This document shows positions 1 through 9,009 of a stretch of DNA of 33,147 nucleotides, piece by piece. The translations under genes and the position numbers were made by a program. The stretch spans positions 1 through 33,147 of the forward strand of contig JABIPD010000110.1 in NCBI GenBank assembly GCA_018698735.1, given 5' to 3'. The notes beneath the pieces were generated by a model, which saw only the letters and a program-made list of their open reading frames with translations, searched no databases and was not told where the DNA came from. This DNA is from Candidatus Jacksonbacteria bacterium. GTDB taxonomy: Bacteria; Patescibacteriota; Patescibacteriia; UBA9629; GWA2-43-13. Within the stretch, counting starts at the first letter, position 1. The number at the start of each line of letters is the position of its first letter.

Positions 1-2459
1 AAGATTGTATTGCAGATGGATGTAATTTAGAGGTAGTTTCTTTAATAGCCGGAGGAAGTCAATCATGTCAAGAAACATTTACTCTTACGCTAAATAAGCC
101 AGTAGACACTTCGAATTTCGATTTTTCTACTCTTTCTATTATTCAAACAGTTGATGGTGAAGTCGCACCTAGAGCAGCTATCACCCCAACGCTAGATTCT
201 TCTACTCTTCCTTTTTCAAAAACACTTATATTAAAAGGAATTCCTCACGATCCACAAAAGAATTCAACCATTGCAATTGAATACACGCCTCCTGCAACAA
301 TTTCTTCTTTTGATGAGCACTCATATTCTCTTTTAGAGCAAATAGCAGTGTCACCTTTATTTGGGGAACCAGCTCCAGCTGCTATAGGAAATAGGCTCGA
401 TGTTAATGGTGATGACGCGCTTGATATATTAGACCTTATACTTGTTGCAGATAATGGAATTATTATAGATTATAATGTTGTTTGTTCAGCTGGTGTTTGT
501 TCTACAACTTATGACGCTTTAAGTGCAGCTGAATGTACTGCTCGAGAGAGCGGAGGATTTAAACCGCCAAGAATTACTCGAATATCCCCGATTGCAAATG
601 ACGCAAATGTGTGTTCTAATGTGCTTATTTCGGCTAAGTTTAATAATCAACTTGGTTCTCAGGCAATAATAGAAAGGTTAGTAACTTCAAGTCCCCCAAT
701 TGACGGAATGAAAGTAACGGTTGACGGGAAGCAAGTTAAAATTAGACCTGGGGTAGGAAAAATACTTGAAGATCCTGCTTATACTATTACTTTAGATTCT
801 GGTGACTGGGGAGAGAACGGCGAAGATATTATCTGTCAAAATGGAGACCAGCCTCCTTGTAGTTGGACTTTTGCTACAAAGGCCGAACAATGTTTAATTG
901 ATGGTGTTAAAGTTGAACCTATTGCTGTGGAGGCAAAGCTTGTGGACGAGGGTGCCACAATAAATATTCGTGAAAACATGGAAGTTGCTTTCCAGAGTAC
1001 TGCAATTGAGTTTTCTCCTTTAATGACAAACGTTTTTCGATGTTTTGGGCAAACAACTCCAGAATGTTTAGTTTGGGATCAAGACGGAGACGGTGATATT
1101 GATATAATGGACTCAGGAGAAGCTCAGAAAGATGCTCCTCCAGTAGAGCTTGCGTATCCAATGGGGGAAAAATGGAGTTTTGCAGATCCTGTTGCTCGTA
1201 TCATAGACTCAGAAGTAAATGCAGGAGCTGTTTTGATATCCGGTAATAGGGTAACAGAGGCAGTTGAAACAGTTATTCGAGCAGAAATAAGAGATCCAGT
1301 AAGTGGGGAAACAAGAACTGGTGAATACCCATTTACTGTTCGAGCATGCAAAAATCACTTTGTGATTAATGATACAAATCAAGAAGATTCTGATAATCTT
1401 AAAAAATTTCCGTATAATGAAATAAATACGAATTTTATGATTACGGACGAAGGCAGTAGGCCGAAGACCAAAGCTGTTGATTCTGTTGCAAGTACGCATT
1501 TCCATTCACATGCCTGTCTTGATGATTTTGAAGAAGATCAATATCCACGAGTTGTGAGTACAAAAAAAGCTGCAGAATTCCCTGGTAGACCATTTTTAGG
1601 TGTTCATTATGTTCAGGTACCAAATTTAGCAACACCAGAAGAACCAGATGCTATTATTGTTCTTGTTGGCAACAATAATGAAAGAGTTTCTTTAAATGAA
1701 TGGGTTACAGAGAATAACTTAGAGGTTGGTCTAGATTCTGGAAGCCTTTCGGAATCTCTTACTATAGATGGTTATCCGGCAGCTCAAAATGGTACCAGTG
1801 TCTATATAAATGGAGCAGATTTCCAAGGGAGTTTCGATCCAAACAGAGCCTTTACGAGAGTGTATCTTTTATCGTATAATGAAGGCGCTCAGGAGTCGAC
1901 AAAACGTGTATTTCAAGATTTGGTAAATAATTTTGAATTAAATACAAATCTTGGCGGTGACGCTAAGGCTCGCTTTAGTAGAGACCGCCAGCGTGTGTTT
2001 GATTTAACAAACATGCAACGAGCAATTGGTCCATATTCATTTTCTGCCCCTCAGTTGCCAGCTGGAAGCTTTGAAGAAAACCATACAACAAGTCGTTGGA
2101 ATTCTTGGACTACTGAACTTGGAGCTCGAATTGGCTTTGCCCCGGTAGATCCACGAAATGAATTTGGAGTGTGCGATGACCACGATCCAGCCACCTGTTG
2201 GAATAGAACCCTTGCTCCAGTGGAACGATTTGTATGTCCTGCTGATTCTTATGTGTATCAATATAGATATGAAGGTGGTGGATATCAATTAAAAGCAAAA
2301 TTTGAGTTCGATAAGCTTCCTGTGAATTGGCAATCACATCCGGATAATGAGTATTTAATTACTGTTCCAGCTTATGACCCCGACACTGATCCTCCTCCAC
2401 CCACAGGGCCTTATAATGAAGATTCGTGTGTAAACGTAGTATTAGAAGGTAATAGCTAA
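1..2459 (+). CDS. Large secreted/surface protein, 5'-partial (frame open to window edge)
   Basis: The frame of track ORF 348..2459 stays open back to nt 3 (my translation DCIADGCNLEVVSL... has no stop), so the gene starts upstream of the window. It has a dockerin/EF-hand-like DVNGDDALDILDLILV and an Ig-like segment PPRITRISPIANDANVCSNVLISAKF. No catalytic motif recognised. Confidence 0.6.
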   Translation, partial: DCIADGCNLEVVSLIAGGSQSCQETFTLTLNKPVDTSNFDFSTLSIIQTVDGEVAPRAAITPTLDSSTLPFSKTLILKGIPHDPQKNSTIAIEYTPPATISSFDEHSYSLLEQIAVSPLFGEPAPAAIGNRLDVNGDDALDILDLILVADNGIIIDYNVVCSAGVCSTTYDALSAAECTARESGGFKPPRITRISPIANDANVCSNVLISAKFNNQLGSQAIIERLVTSSPPIDGMKVTVDGKQVKIRPGVGKILEDPAYTITLDSGDWGENGEDIICQNGDQPPCSWTFATKAEQCLIDGVKVEPIAVEAKLVDEGATINIRENMEVAFQSTAIEFSPLMTNVFRCFGQTTPECLVWDQDGDGDIDIMDSGEAQKDAPPVELAYPMGEKWSFADPVARIIDSEVNAGAVLISGNRVTEAVETVIRAEIRDPVSGETRTGEYPFTVRACKNHFVINDTNQEDSDNLKKFPYNEINTNFMITDEGSRPKTKAVDSVASTHFHSHACLDDFEEDQYPRVVSTKKAAEFPGRPFLGVHYVQVPNLATPEEPDAIIVLVGNNNERVSLNEWVTENNLEVGLDSGSLSESLTIDGYPAAQNGTSVYINGADFQGSFDPNRAFTRVYLLSYNEGAQESTKRVFQDLVNNFELNTNLGGDAKARFSRDRQRVFDLTNMQRAIGPYSFSAPQLPAGSFEENHTTSRWNSWTTELGARIGFAPVDPRNEFGVCDDHDPATCWNRTLAPVERFVCPADSYVYQYRYEGGGYQLKAKFEFDKLPVNWQSHPDNEYLITVPAYDPDTDPPPPTGPYNEDSCVNVVLEGNS

Positions 2460-2477
2460 TTATTTAATGGCATCGAT

Positions 2478-3284
2478 ATGTTTGATGACTCACCTCAACA
2501 GCAGCCACCACCACAAAAACAAGAAACCGGAGCACAACCAGGCCCACCTGGGAATTTACCTATTGCTGATGATTTAGACTTGCAGCCACAGCAACCAGCT
2601 CCTATACCTCCCCCTCAAGAAGCTGTTCCGTCTATGAATCCTACTCCACAGCCAGTAATGCCTGTAGCCCAGCCAATGCCACAACCCACTCAGCAAGCAA
2701 CTCCTGTCGCACCTCAATCTTCGCCATTAAAACCTGTTCAACCACCTGCTCAAGAACTACCAACAGACCAACAAGAGCAGCAAAAAGTACCACAGCCATT
2801 ACCAGAAAAATCGAAGAGCAAAAAGATGCTATTATATATTATAATAGGAGGAGTAATAGTGGTTGGAGTTGTTGTTGGAATTATCCTTGCTTACAATGCA
2901 ATGACATCGCCTCCAACACTCGAAGATTTGCCTCCGATTAATCTAGATTCAAATATACCTCCAATAAATGTTCCAGTAGTTGAAGAGCCTGTTGCACAGG
3001 AGCCGACGCTTCCTTTGCCACCACCGCCGCCGCCTCCACCAATTGTTGAAGAACTTATCATTGATACCGACGGAGATGGTATACCAGATAGCGACGAAGA
3101 AGAATTTGGCACAAATGCGTTTTTCCCAGATACGGATTTTGATGGTCTTTCAGATCAGCAAGAATTAGAAATTTACTTTACCGATCCTCTTTCAAAAGAC
3201 ACTGACGGCGACGGGTTCGATGATGGCCACGAAGCTCGCAATGGATACAACCCTAATGGCCCTGGCAGAATTAATGCACAGTAA
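2478..3284 (+). CDS. Membrane-anchored Pro/Gln-rich protein with thrombospondin-type-3-like Ca-binding repeats
   Basis: ATG 2478. Low-complexity P/Q N-terminus, one TM helix (LLYIIIGGVIVVGVVVGIILAY) and a poly-Pro linker. Repeats DTDGDGIPDSDEE, DTDFDGLSD and DTDGDGFDDGHE follow. Confidence 0.6.
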   Translation: MFDDSPQQQPPPQKQETGAQPGPPGNLPIADDLDLQPQQPAPIPPPQEAVPSMNPTPQPVMPVAQPMPQPTQQATPVAPQSSPLKPVQPPAQELPTDQQEQQKVPQPLPEKSKSKKMLLYIIIGGVIVVGVVVGIILAYNAMTSPPTLEDLPPINLDSNIPPINVPVVEEPVAQEPTLPLPPPPPPPPIVEELIIDTDGDGIPDSDEEEFGTNAFFPDTDFDGLSDQQELEIYFTDPLSKDTDGDGFDDGHEARNGYNPNGPGRINAQ

Positions 3285-3322
3285 AGATATATTTTATCTA
3301 AGGTCTTAAAGACCTTAAACCT

Positions 3323-5110
3323 ATGGCAGATTTTTCATTTTCTCAACAAAAACAAAATACAAACCCCACGCCTCAGCAACAAAAGCCTCCTTCTCAGCAG
3401 CAAGCTGCTAAAGGAGCGGTTGAGGGTGTTTCTATTCATTCAATGCCAGAGCAGTTTTTACCAGCCCAGCAATCAGGAGTAAAGAAAAAGAGTGGCGGGA
3501 AAGCTAAAGGAAAACAGAGTAAGTGGGTTTTTATTGCTGCACTTTCGGGTGGGCTTATTATTGTATTAGGAATTATTGTTGCAATTATTGTGTTACTCCA
3601 ACCAAAGGAAGAAACAGCTCCTGTTGTAGATCAACAACCTGTGTCATCTGAAGTTCAACCACCAGAAGAACAATTAATTGTAGAAGAAGAACCGCTTCCA
3701 CCTAAAACAATAGAGGCTACGGTTCGTAATTTGGCTGGCAGGATACTTACCCGAGCATCTTTAAATATTCCTGCAAGCGAACAAGGAGCTAACTTTACTC
3801 TTACAGGGCGATTGGTAACAGAGAATGATTCGCTTATTCGCCAGAGTGCTATAGGTGGTGAATACGTTATTCGCCCTATTGTAACTATTGCATCACCTCT
3901 TTCATTATCAATAACATTAAGCCCAGAGGAATTAAAATTAGCAGCGAGTGATGTTGCAATTGGCGTTTGGGATGAATCCGAAAAAACATGGAATATATTA
4001 GAAGATAGCTTCTTTAATCAAGATCAAGGCCTGGTAACATCTGTGCTAGTAAGTATTACGACTGGCTCGTATGCTGTTGTTTCTCCAACGCTCGTTGAAG
4101 AACTTGCTGTAGATGAAGAAGAACCTCCAGAAGAGGAACCAGAAATTGTTACCATTGCTCGAAGTACCGACACCGACCAAGATGGGCTTACCGATTTGGA
4201 AGAGTTCTTGTATGGAACAGATCCCGCACAAGCAGACACAGATGACGATAGCTATAGAGATGGCGCCGAAGTACTTAATTTATTCTCACCGCGAAAGCCA
4301 GGAGAGGTTCGGTTGGCGCAAGAGGAGCGAATAGCCATTTATGCGAACGCAAATCATGGGTATACGCTTTTGTATCCATCTTCTTGGATTGCTTCTCCGC
4401 TCGACGAACAAACACAGAACGAAGTTTTGTTTGCCACCACAACCGATGAATACATAACCCTAGAGGTTGATCAGAATTTGGAACAGCAATCACTTGTTTC
4501 TTGGTATTCGAGCCAAGATTTAGATACTTCGATAGAGGATTTGCAGGTGCGTGTATATAATAATTTAGACATGCTTGTTTCGAAAGATTTAACGGTTTAC
4601 TACGTTCAAGTAACGGGTATGCCAAAAATATTTACGTTTACCTATCAACTAGACGGAAGAGTCTCTCTTAATTTTTTAACGACATTCGAGATGATGGTAA
4701 AAGGAATGCGAGTAGAAGGGTCAACAGAAAGAGAAGGTTCAGCATCAGCTTCAAGAGACTTGGCACGAATCGCTAGTGTTCAAAGAATTCAATCCTCATT
4801 AGCTGTGTTTTATACCGAAAATAATAGCTACCCACTTAAAGATTCACTAACGAATCTGCCGCTTTTAGACGACGGAGAAAACAGATCGTTAAAAGATATT
4901 ATGGAAGAAATCCCAACCTCTTCACTTCCTGCTGATGGAACCTGCTCTGAAGAAGAAAATGCATTTCGTTATAATCCAACAATCGAAGGCGGGCTCGCGT
5001 GTACTGCTTCTGGAGAATGCGAATCGTTTGAGTTGCGGTTTTGTTTAGGTGGAGATTCAGGTGGGCTTTTGGCTGGTGTAAGAGTGGCTTCTCCAATCGA
5101 TATACAATAA
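3323..5110 (+). CDS. Membrane-anchored surface protein with Ca-binding repeats and pilin-like C-terminal segment
   Basis: ATG 3323. Gln-rich N-terminus, TM helix (WVFIAALSGGLIIVLGIIVAIIVLL) and DTDQDGLTDLEE / DTDDDSYRDG repeats. C-terminal RDLARIASVQRIQSSLAVFYTENNSYP resembles the conserved helix of type IV pilin-like proteins. Confidence 0.6.
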   Translation: MADFSFSQQKQNTNPTPQQQKPPSQQQAAKGAVEGVSIHSMPEQFLPAQQSGVKKKSGGKAKGKQSKWVFIAALSGGLIIVLGIIVAIIVLLQPKEETAPVVDQQPVSSEVQPPEEQLIVEEEPLPPKTIEATVRNLAGRILTRASLNIPASEQGANFTLTGRLVTENDSLIRQSAIGGEYVIRPIVTIASPLSLSITLSPEELKLAASDVAIGVWDESEKTWNILEDSFFNQDQGLVTSVLVSITTGSYAVVSPTLVEELAVDEEEPPEEEPEIVTIARSTDTDQDGLTDLEEFLYGTDPAQADTDDDSYRDGAEVLNLFSPRKPGEVRLAQEERIAIYANANHGYTLLYPSSWIASPLDEQTQNEVLFATTTDEYITLEVDQNLEQQSLVSWYSSQDLDTSIEDLQVRVYNNLDMLVSKDLTVYYVQVTGMPKIFTFTYQLDGRVSLNFLTTFEMMVKGMRVEGSTEREGSASASRDLARIASVQRIQSSLAVFYTENNSYPLKDSLTNLPLLDDGENRSLKDIMEEIPTSSLPADGTCSEEENAFRYNPTIEGGLACTASGECESFELRFCLGGDSGGLLAGVRVASPIDIQ

Positions 5111-5114
5111 TTGT

Positions 5115-5525
5115 ATGCTAGAAGTTTCGAACCAAGTTCAATCGTGGTATCAACGAAAAAGATTACTTGTTTTAATGAAAAAAGTTCAGAAGTATTGTGG
5201 AAAAAGAAATGTGTCTGTCTCTTTAGCATTTGTTACGCCGGGAGAAATGAAGAGAGTAAATACATTGTATCGAAAGAAGGATTCTGCAACAAATGTTTTA
5301 AGCTTCTTAATAGAAAAAAACCGAAAAGGATTGGTTGGCGAAGTAATAATTTGTCCATCAGTTGTTAGAAAGCAAGCGAAGCAGCAGGGTATACTTTATT
5401 CGCAACATATGGAAAGATTATTTGTTCATGGACTGTTACATGTGTGTGGTGTTCATCACACCTCCAAAAATTTAGAGAAGCGAATGGAGAAAATAGAGGA
5501 AAAAATTCTTGGAAGAAGCTTGTGA
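5115..5525 (+). CDS. ybeY: rRNA maturation endoribonuclease YbeY
   Basis: 136 aa. HGLLHVCGVHH fits the H-x3-H-x5-H zinc motif of YbeY, and the size is typical. Confidence 0.8.
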   Translation: MLEVSNQVQSWYQRKRLLVLMKKVQKYCGKRNVSVSLAFVTPGEMKRVNTLYRKKDSATNVLSFLIEKNRKGLVGEVIICPSVVRKQAKQQGILYSQHMERLFVHGLLHVCGVHHTSKNLEKRMEKIEEKILGRSL

Positions 5526-5600
5526 AGAGGTGAAAAGAGGAGAAGTGGTGTATACTATATATAATTAGTTAATGTATAGGTCTGGCAGGTTTTAAATGGT

Positions 5601-6836
5601 ATGAAAGATAACATTATTACAGGTCTCGACATTGGCTCGTCTATGATACGAGTTGTTGTCGGTCAAAAAATAGAGCAGGAACCCGTGCATATTATTGGTG
5701 TTGCAGAAATTCCTAGTGAGGGAATTAGCCGTGGCGTTATTAATAGTATAGAAGATGCAGTTTCTTCTATTGCAACAGCATTCGAAAAAGCAGAGCGCAT
5801 GACGGGGGTTCCATCTAAAAGTGCGTATGTTTCTATTGCAGGTACGCATATTCTTTCACAGTCATCGAGAGGTGTGGTTGCAGTTGCAAAAGCAGATGGA
5901 GAGATTCGTGAGCAAGATGTAGATAGAGCAATCGAAGCAGCCCAAGCCGTTGCCACCCCACCGAATTACGAAATATTACATGTTATTCCTCGGTCGTTTA
6001 CGGTAGATAGCCAATCGGGAATTAAAGACCCAGTTGGTATGACGGGGATTCGATTAGAAGTAGAAGCCCAAATTATACAAGGGCTTTCCGCTCAAGTTAA
6101 AAATATTACCAAGTCCGTTTACCGAACGGGCGTTGATATAGACGATGTTGTGCTTGCACCACTTGCAGCTGCCGAAGCATCACTCAATAAGCGACAAAAA
6201 GAACTTGGTGTATGTTTGGTTAATATTGGAGGTTCGACAACGTCTATAGCAGTATTTGAAGAAGGCGATGTATTGCATACCTCTATTTTACCTGTTGGAT
6301 CAACTCACATTACCTCTGATATTGCGATTGGATTGAGAACTTCCTTAGAAACAGCAGAGCTGGTAAAGGTTCGTTATGGCACGGCATTACCAGATGATAT
6401 AGACAAAAAAGAAGAGATAGATCTTTCTGAATTTGGCGATAGTGAGGAAGAGGTTGTTTCCAGGCGACATGTGGCAGATATTATTCAGGCGCGAGTAGAA
6501 GAAATTTTTCAAATGGCAGATGGCGAATTAAAGGGGATAGAGCGCTCAGGTAAACTACCAGCGGGGATTGTTATTACGGGCGGAGGCGCAAAGCTTGAAG
6601 GTTTGGTAGATATTGCTCGAAAAGAGTTTAGATTGCCAGCTTCTATTGGTTACCCGAAAGAAGTATCAAGTGCTATAGATAAAGTTCACGATCCTACCTT
6701 ATCAACAGCGGTAGGATTGGTGTTATGGGGAGACCATTTGCAGCAAGAAGGTGGCGCAGGGATGCTTTCACGGTTTTCATCGGTGCATCATGGTGTTGGA
6801 AAAATGCGCTCTTGGTTTCAATCGCTCGGAACATAG
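5601..6836 (+). CDS. ftsA: Cell division protein FtsA (actin-like ATPase)
   Basis: 411 aa. N-terminal ITGLDIGSSMIRVVVGQ phosphate-1 motif and VNIGGSTTSIAVF / VITGGGAKLEG actin-fold motifs. It lies immediately upstream of ftsZ. Confidence 0.9.
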   Translation: MKDNIITGLDIGSSMIRVVVGQKIEQEPVHIIGVAEIPSEGISRGVINSIEDAVSSIATAFEKAERMTGVPSKSAYVSIAGTHILSQSSRGVVAVAKADGEIREQDVDRAIEAAQAVATPPNYEILHVIPRSFTVDSQSGIKDPVGMTGIRLEVEAQIIQGLSAQVKNITKSVYRTGVDIDDVVLAPLAAAEASLNKRQKELGVCLVNIGGSTTSIAVFEEGDVLHTSILPVGSTHITSDIAIGLRTSLETAELVKVRYGTALPDDIDKKEEIDLSEFGDSEEEVVSRRHVADIIQARVEEIFQMADGELKGIERSGKLPAGIVITGGGAKLEGLVDIARKEFRLPASIGYPKEVSSAIDKVHDPTLSTAVGLVLWGDHLQQEGGAGMLSRFSSVHHGVGKMRSWFQSLGT

Positions 6837-6946
6837 CAAAAAAGGTTACGAGCGTGTGTATAAAGTGTCGATAGAATACGCTTGTCTTTTTAAATGATGT
6901 AAGTTAAGATTGCACGAGTAATACTCGTCTTTTTTCACTTTAATGT

Positions 6947-8200
6947 ATGGCACAAGAAAAAACATCAGCGGAAAAAAATTCGAAAAAAGTGGCGCATGTT
7001 ACAGAGGTAACGCCAGATATTGAAACGTTCGCAAAGATTAAAGTTATTGGAGTTGGCGGATCTGGGAATGCGGCAATCACTCGAATGATGGAAGTTGGAA
7101 TTCGAGGCGTTGAGTTCCTTGGGGTCAATACCGATGCTCAAGCAATTCACCATTGTAAAGCACCTTCTAAGATTCAGATTGGGAAATCTGTTACCCGTGG
7201 ACTTGGCGCTGGAATGGACCCAGAACAAGGAAAACGCGCAGCAGAAGAAACAACCGAGGAAATTGAACAACGATTGAGTGGCGCAGATATGGTATTTATT
7301 ACCTGCGGACTTGGAGGTGGCACGGGTACCGGAGCCTCTCCGATTATTGCTCGTATTGCAAGAGACCTTGGGGCTCTAACTGTAGCGGTTGTTACAAAAC
7401 CTTTTAATTTTGAAGGAGCGCAAAGAAAGGCTATTTCTGAAAGAGGTTTCGAAGCTTTAGCAGATCAGGTAGATACTATTATATCTATTCCAAACGACAG
7501 ATTGCTTCATATTATTGATAAAAAAACGACACTTCTTGATGCATTTGAAGTCGTCGATGACGTACTTCGCCAAGGAGTACAAGGGATTTCAGAGCTTATT
7601 ACTGTTCCTGGATTAATTAACGTAGACTTTGCCGATGTAAAATCTATCATGCAGAATGCCGGCTCTGCCCTTATGGGGATTGGCCGAGGCGAAGGAGACA
7701 ACAGGGCAGCAGAAGCAGCAAAAGCTGCTATCGATAGTCCGTTGTTAGAAGTTTCGATAGATGGTGCAAAAGGAATTTTGTTTACTGTGGCAGGCGATCA
7801 GTCTTTGGGGATGTATGAAGTAAACGAAGCCGCTCAAATTATTACAAAACAAGCAGATCCAGGTGCGCGAGTTATTTTTGGAACTGTTATAGACGAAACG
7901 CTTGGAGACGAAATAAAAATTACCGTAGTTGCAACTGGCTTTAGTGATGAAGCTCTCGAGCTTGTAAGTAGAGAGAAAGCAGAGCAGTCTCAACAAGAAG
8001 AACAATCAACAGAAGAGAAGAAGCCAGAAGAAAAGAAAAAGGAATCTTCTATTTTCCACGACAGAACAGAGGAAAAAAAGAAGAAAGAGGAACCTGCTGT
8101 TATGAGTTCTCAATCATCTGAAAATAATTCATCAGCGCCAACGTTGCCAGAGGAAGATGAATTAGAAATCCCGGCATTTATCCGAAAGAAAATGGGATAG
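6947..8200 (+). CDS. ftsZ: Cell division GTPase FtsZ
   Basis: GVGGSGNAAITRM and the tubulin signature GGGTGTGASPIIA. Charged linker and C-terminal LEIPAFIRKK tail. Confidence 0.97.
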   Translation: MAQEKTSAEKNSKKVAHVTEVTPDIETFAKIKVIGVGGSGNAAITRMMEVGIRGVEFLGVNTDAQAIHHCKAPSKIQIGKSVTRGLGAGMDPEQGKRAAEETTEEIEQRLSGADMVFITCGLGGGTGTGASPIIARIARDLGALTVAVVTKPFNFEGAQRKAISERGFEALADQVDTIISIPNDRLLHIIDKKTTLLDAFEVVDDVLRQGVQGISELITVPGLINVDFADVKSIMQNAGSALMGIGRGEGDNRAAEAAKAAIDSPLLEVSIDGAKGILFTVAGDQSLGMYEVNEAAQIITKQADPGARVIFGTVIDETLGDEIKITVVATGFSDEALELVSREKAEQSQQEEQSTEEKKPEEKKKESSIFHDRTEEKKKKEEPAVMSSQSSENNSSAPTLPEEDELEIPAFIRKKMG

Positions 8201-8220
8201 AAAAAATATGTATAAAAAAG

Positions 8221-8253
8221 AGAGGTCTTTAAAAAAGAAAGACCTCTTTTTTA
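8221..8253 (+). terminator. Intrinsic terminator after ftsZ
   Basis: AGAGGTCTTT (8221-8230) pairs with AAAGACCTCT (8238-8247), followed by a T-run. Confidence 0.65.
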
Positions 8254-8303
8254 GTACTCAATAATAATTCCGCCCAACTTGTCCACAGTTTTGTTTCTGA
8301 ATC

Positions 8304-8352
8304 AAACAATATGTTGTGGTATAATTGTATTTGGAAACACAATATATGGTGT
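8304..8352 (+). promoter_or_regulatory. Tandem NrdR boxes flanking a TATAAT -10 element
   Basis: AAACAATATGTTGTGG (8304-8319) and ACACAATATATGGTGT (8337-8352) are close to the recalled 16-bp NrdR-box palindrome acaCwAtATaTwGtgt. They lie 33 bp start to start, with TATAAT at 8320-8325 between them, about 35 nt upstream of the nrdR ATG. Confidence 0.6.
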
Positions 8353-8386
8353 TTCGCTGAAGTCTTCACATCTTAATGGAATATCT

Positions 8387-8872
8387 ATGCTTTGTCCTGC
8401 ATGCGGAAAATCAGAAACTCGTGTGCTCGATTCACGTATTGGCTCTGACGGATTATCTATCCGTCGAAGAAGGGAATGCATGAAATGTTTGTTTCGAGTT
8501 TCTACGGTAGAAGAAGTAGAAATACTTGGTCTTGTTGTGGTAAAGCAAGGCGGCAAAAGAGAACCCTATGCTCGAGAAAAAATTACGACCGGGCTTAAGC
8601 GTGCATTGTATAAGCGGCCGCAGTCAGAAGATAGGCTTAAGCAGCTTGTACAAAAAATAGAAAGAGACATTCAGCTTAAGTTTACAGGAGAGGTGAGCAG
8701 TGACGAAGTTGGTACTATTGTTATGAAGCATCTTCGAAGATTCGATAAGATTGCATACATTCGTTTTGCTTCGGTCTATAGGCAATTTTCCGATATTAAT
8801 GTTTTTCACGAAGAGGTAAATGCCTTGTTGCCAAAATCTCGAAAAAAGAAAACAAAATCATCTTCCAAATAA
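8387..8872 (+). CDS. nrdR: Transcriptional repressor NrdR
   Basis: Start moved to ATG 8387 (MLCPACGKSETRVLDSR...CMKC zinc ribbon plus ATP-cone). The 36 upstream codons of track ORF 8279 cover the operator/promoter. Confidence 0.9.
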   Translation: MLCPACGKSETRVLDSRIGSDGLSIRRRRECMKCLFRVSTVEEVEILGLVVVKQGGKREPYAREKITTGLKRALYKRPQSEDRLKQLVQKIERDIQLKFTGEVSSDEVGTIVMKHLRRFDKIAYIRFASVYRQFSDINVFHEEVNALLPKSRKKKTKSSSK

Positions 8873-9009
8873 TTGTACTGCTAGAAAGTAATTCAATTTA
8901 ATATAACTCGGTTCTTCCCCGATAAAATTAAATTGAGTTAGTTGTTAGAAGTAACAAAATCTTTCATACATCTTTAAAATAAGAAGGTGTATAAAAGACC
9001 CCATGTAAT

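Noticed and set aside
919-2337. Minus-strand track ORFs inside the first large gene (919..1161, 1124..1351, 1209..1505, 1441..1635, 2037..2288, 2110..2337). Similar antisense or alternative-frame ORFs lie inside ftsA, ftsZ, nrdJ, htrA, comEC, lysS and others.
   Set aside because: These are shadow ORFs fully nested in longer, motif-supported genes. They have low-complexity or implausible sequences and no RBS.
8279-8386. N-terminal extension of nrdR from the TTG at 8279.
   Set aside because: The canonical NrdR zinc ribbon starts at ATG 8387. The extension covers the NrdR boxes and the TATAAT promoter element.
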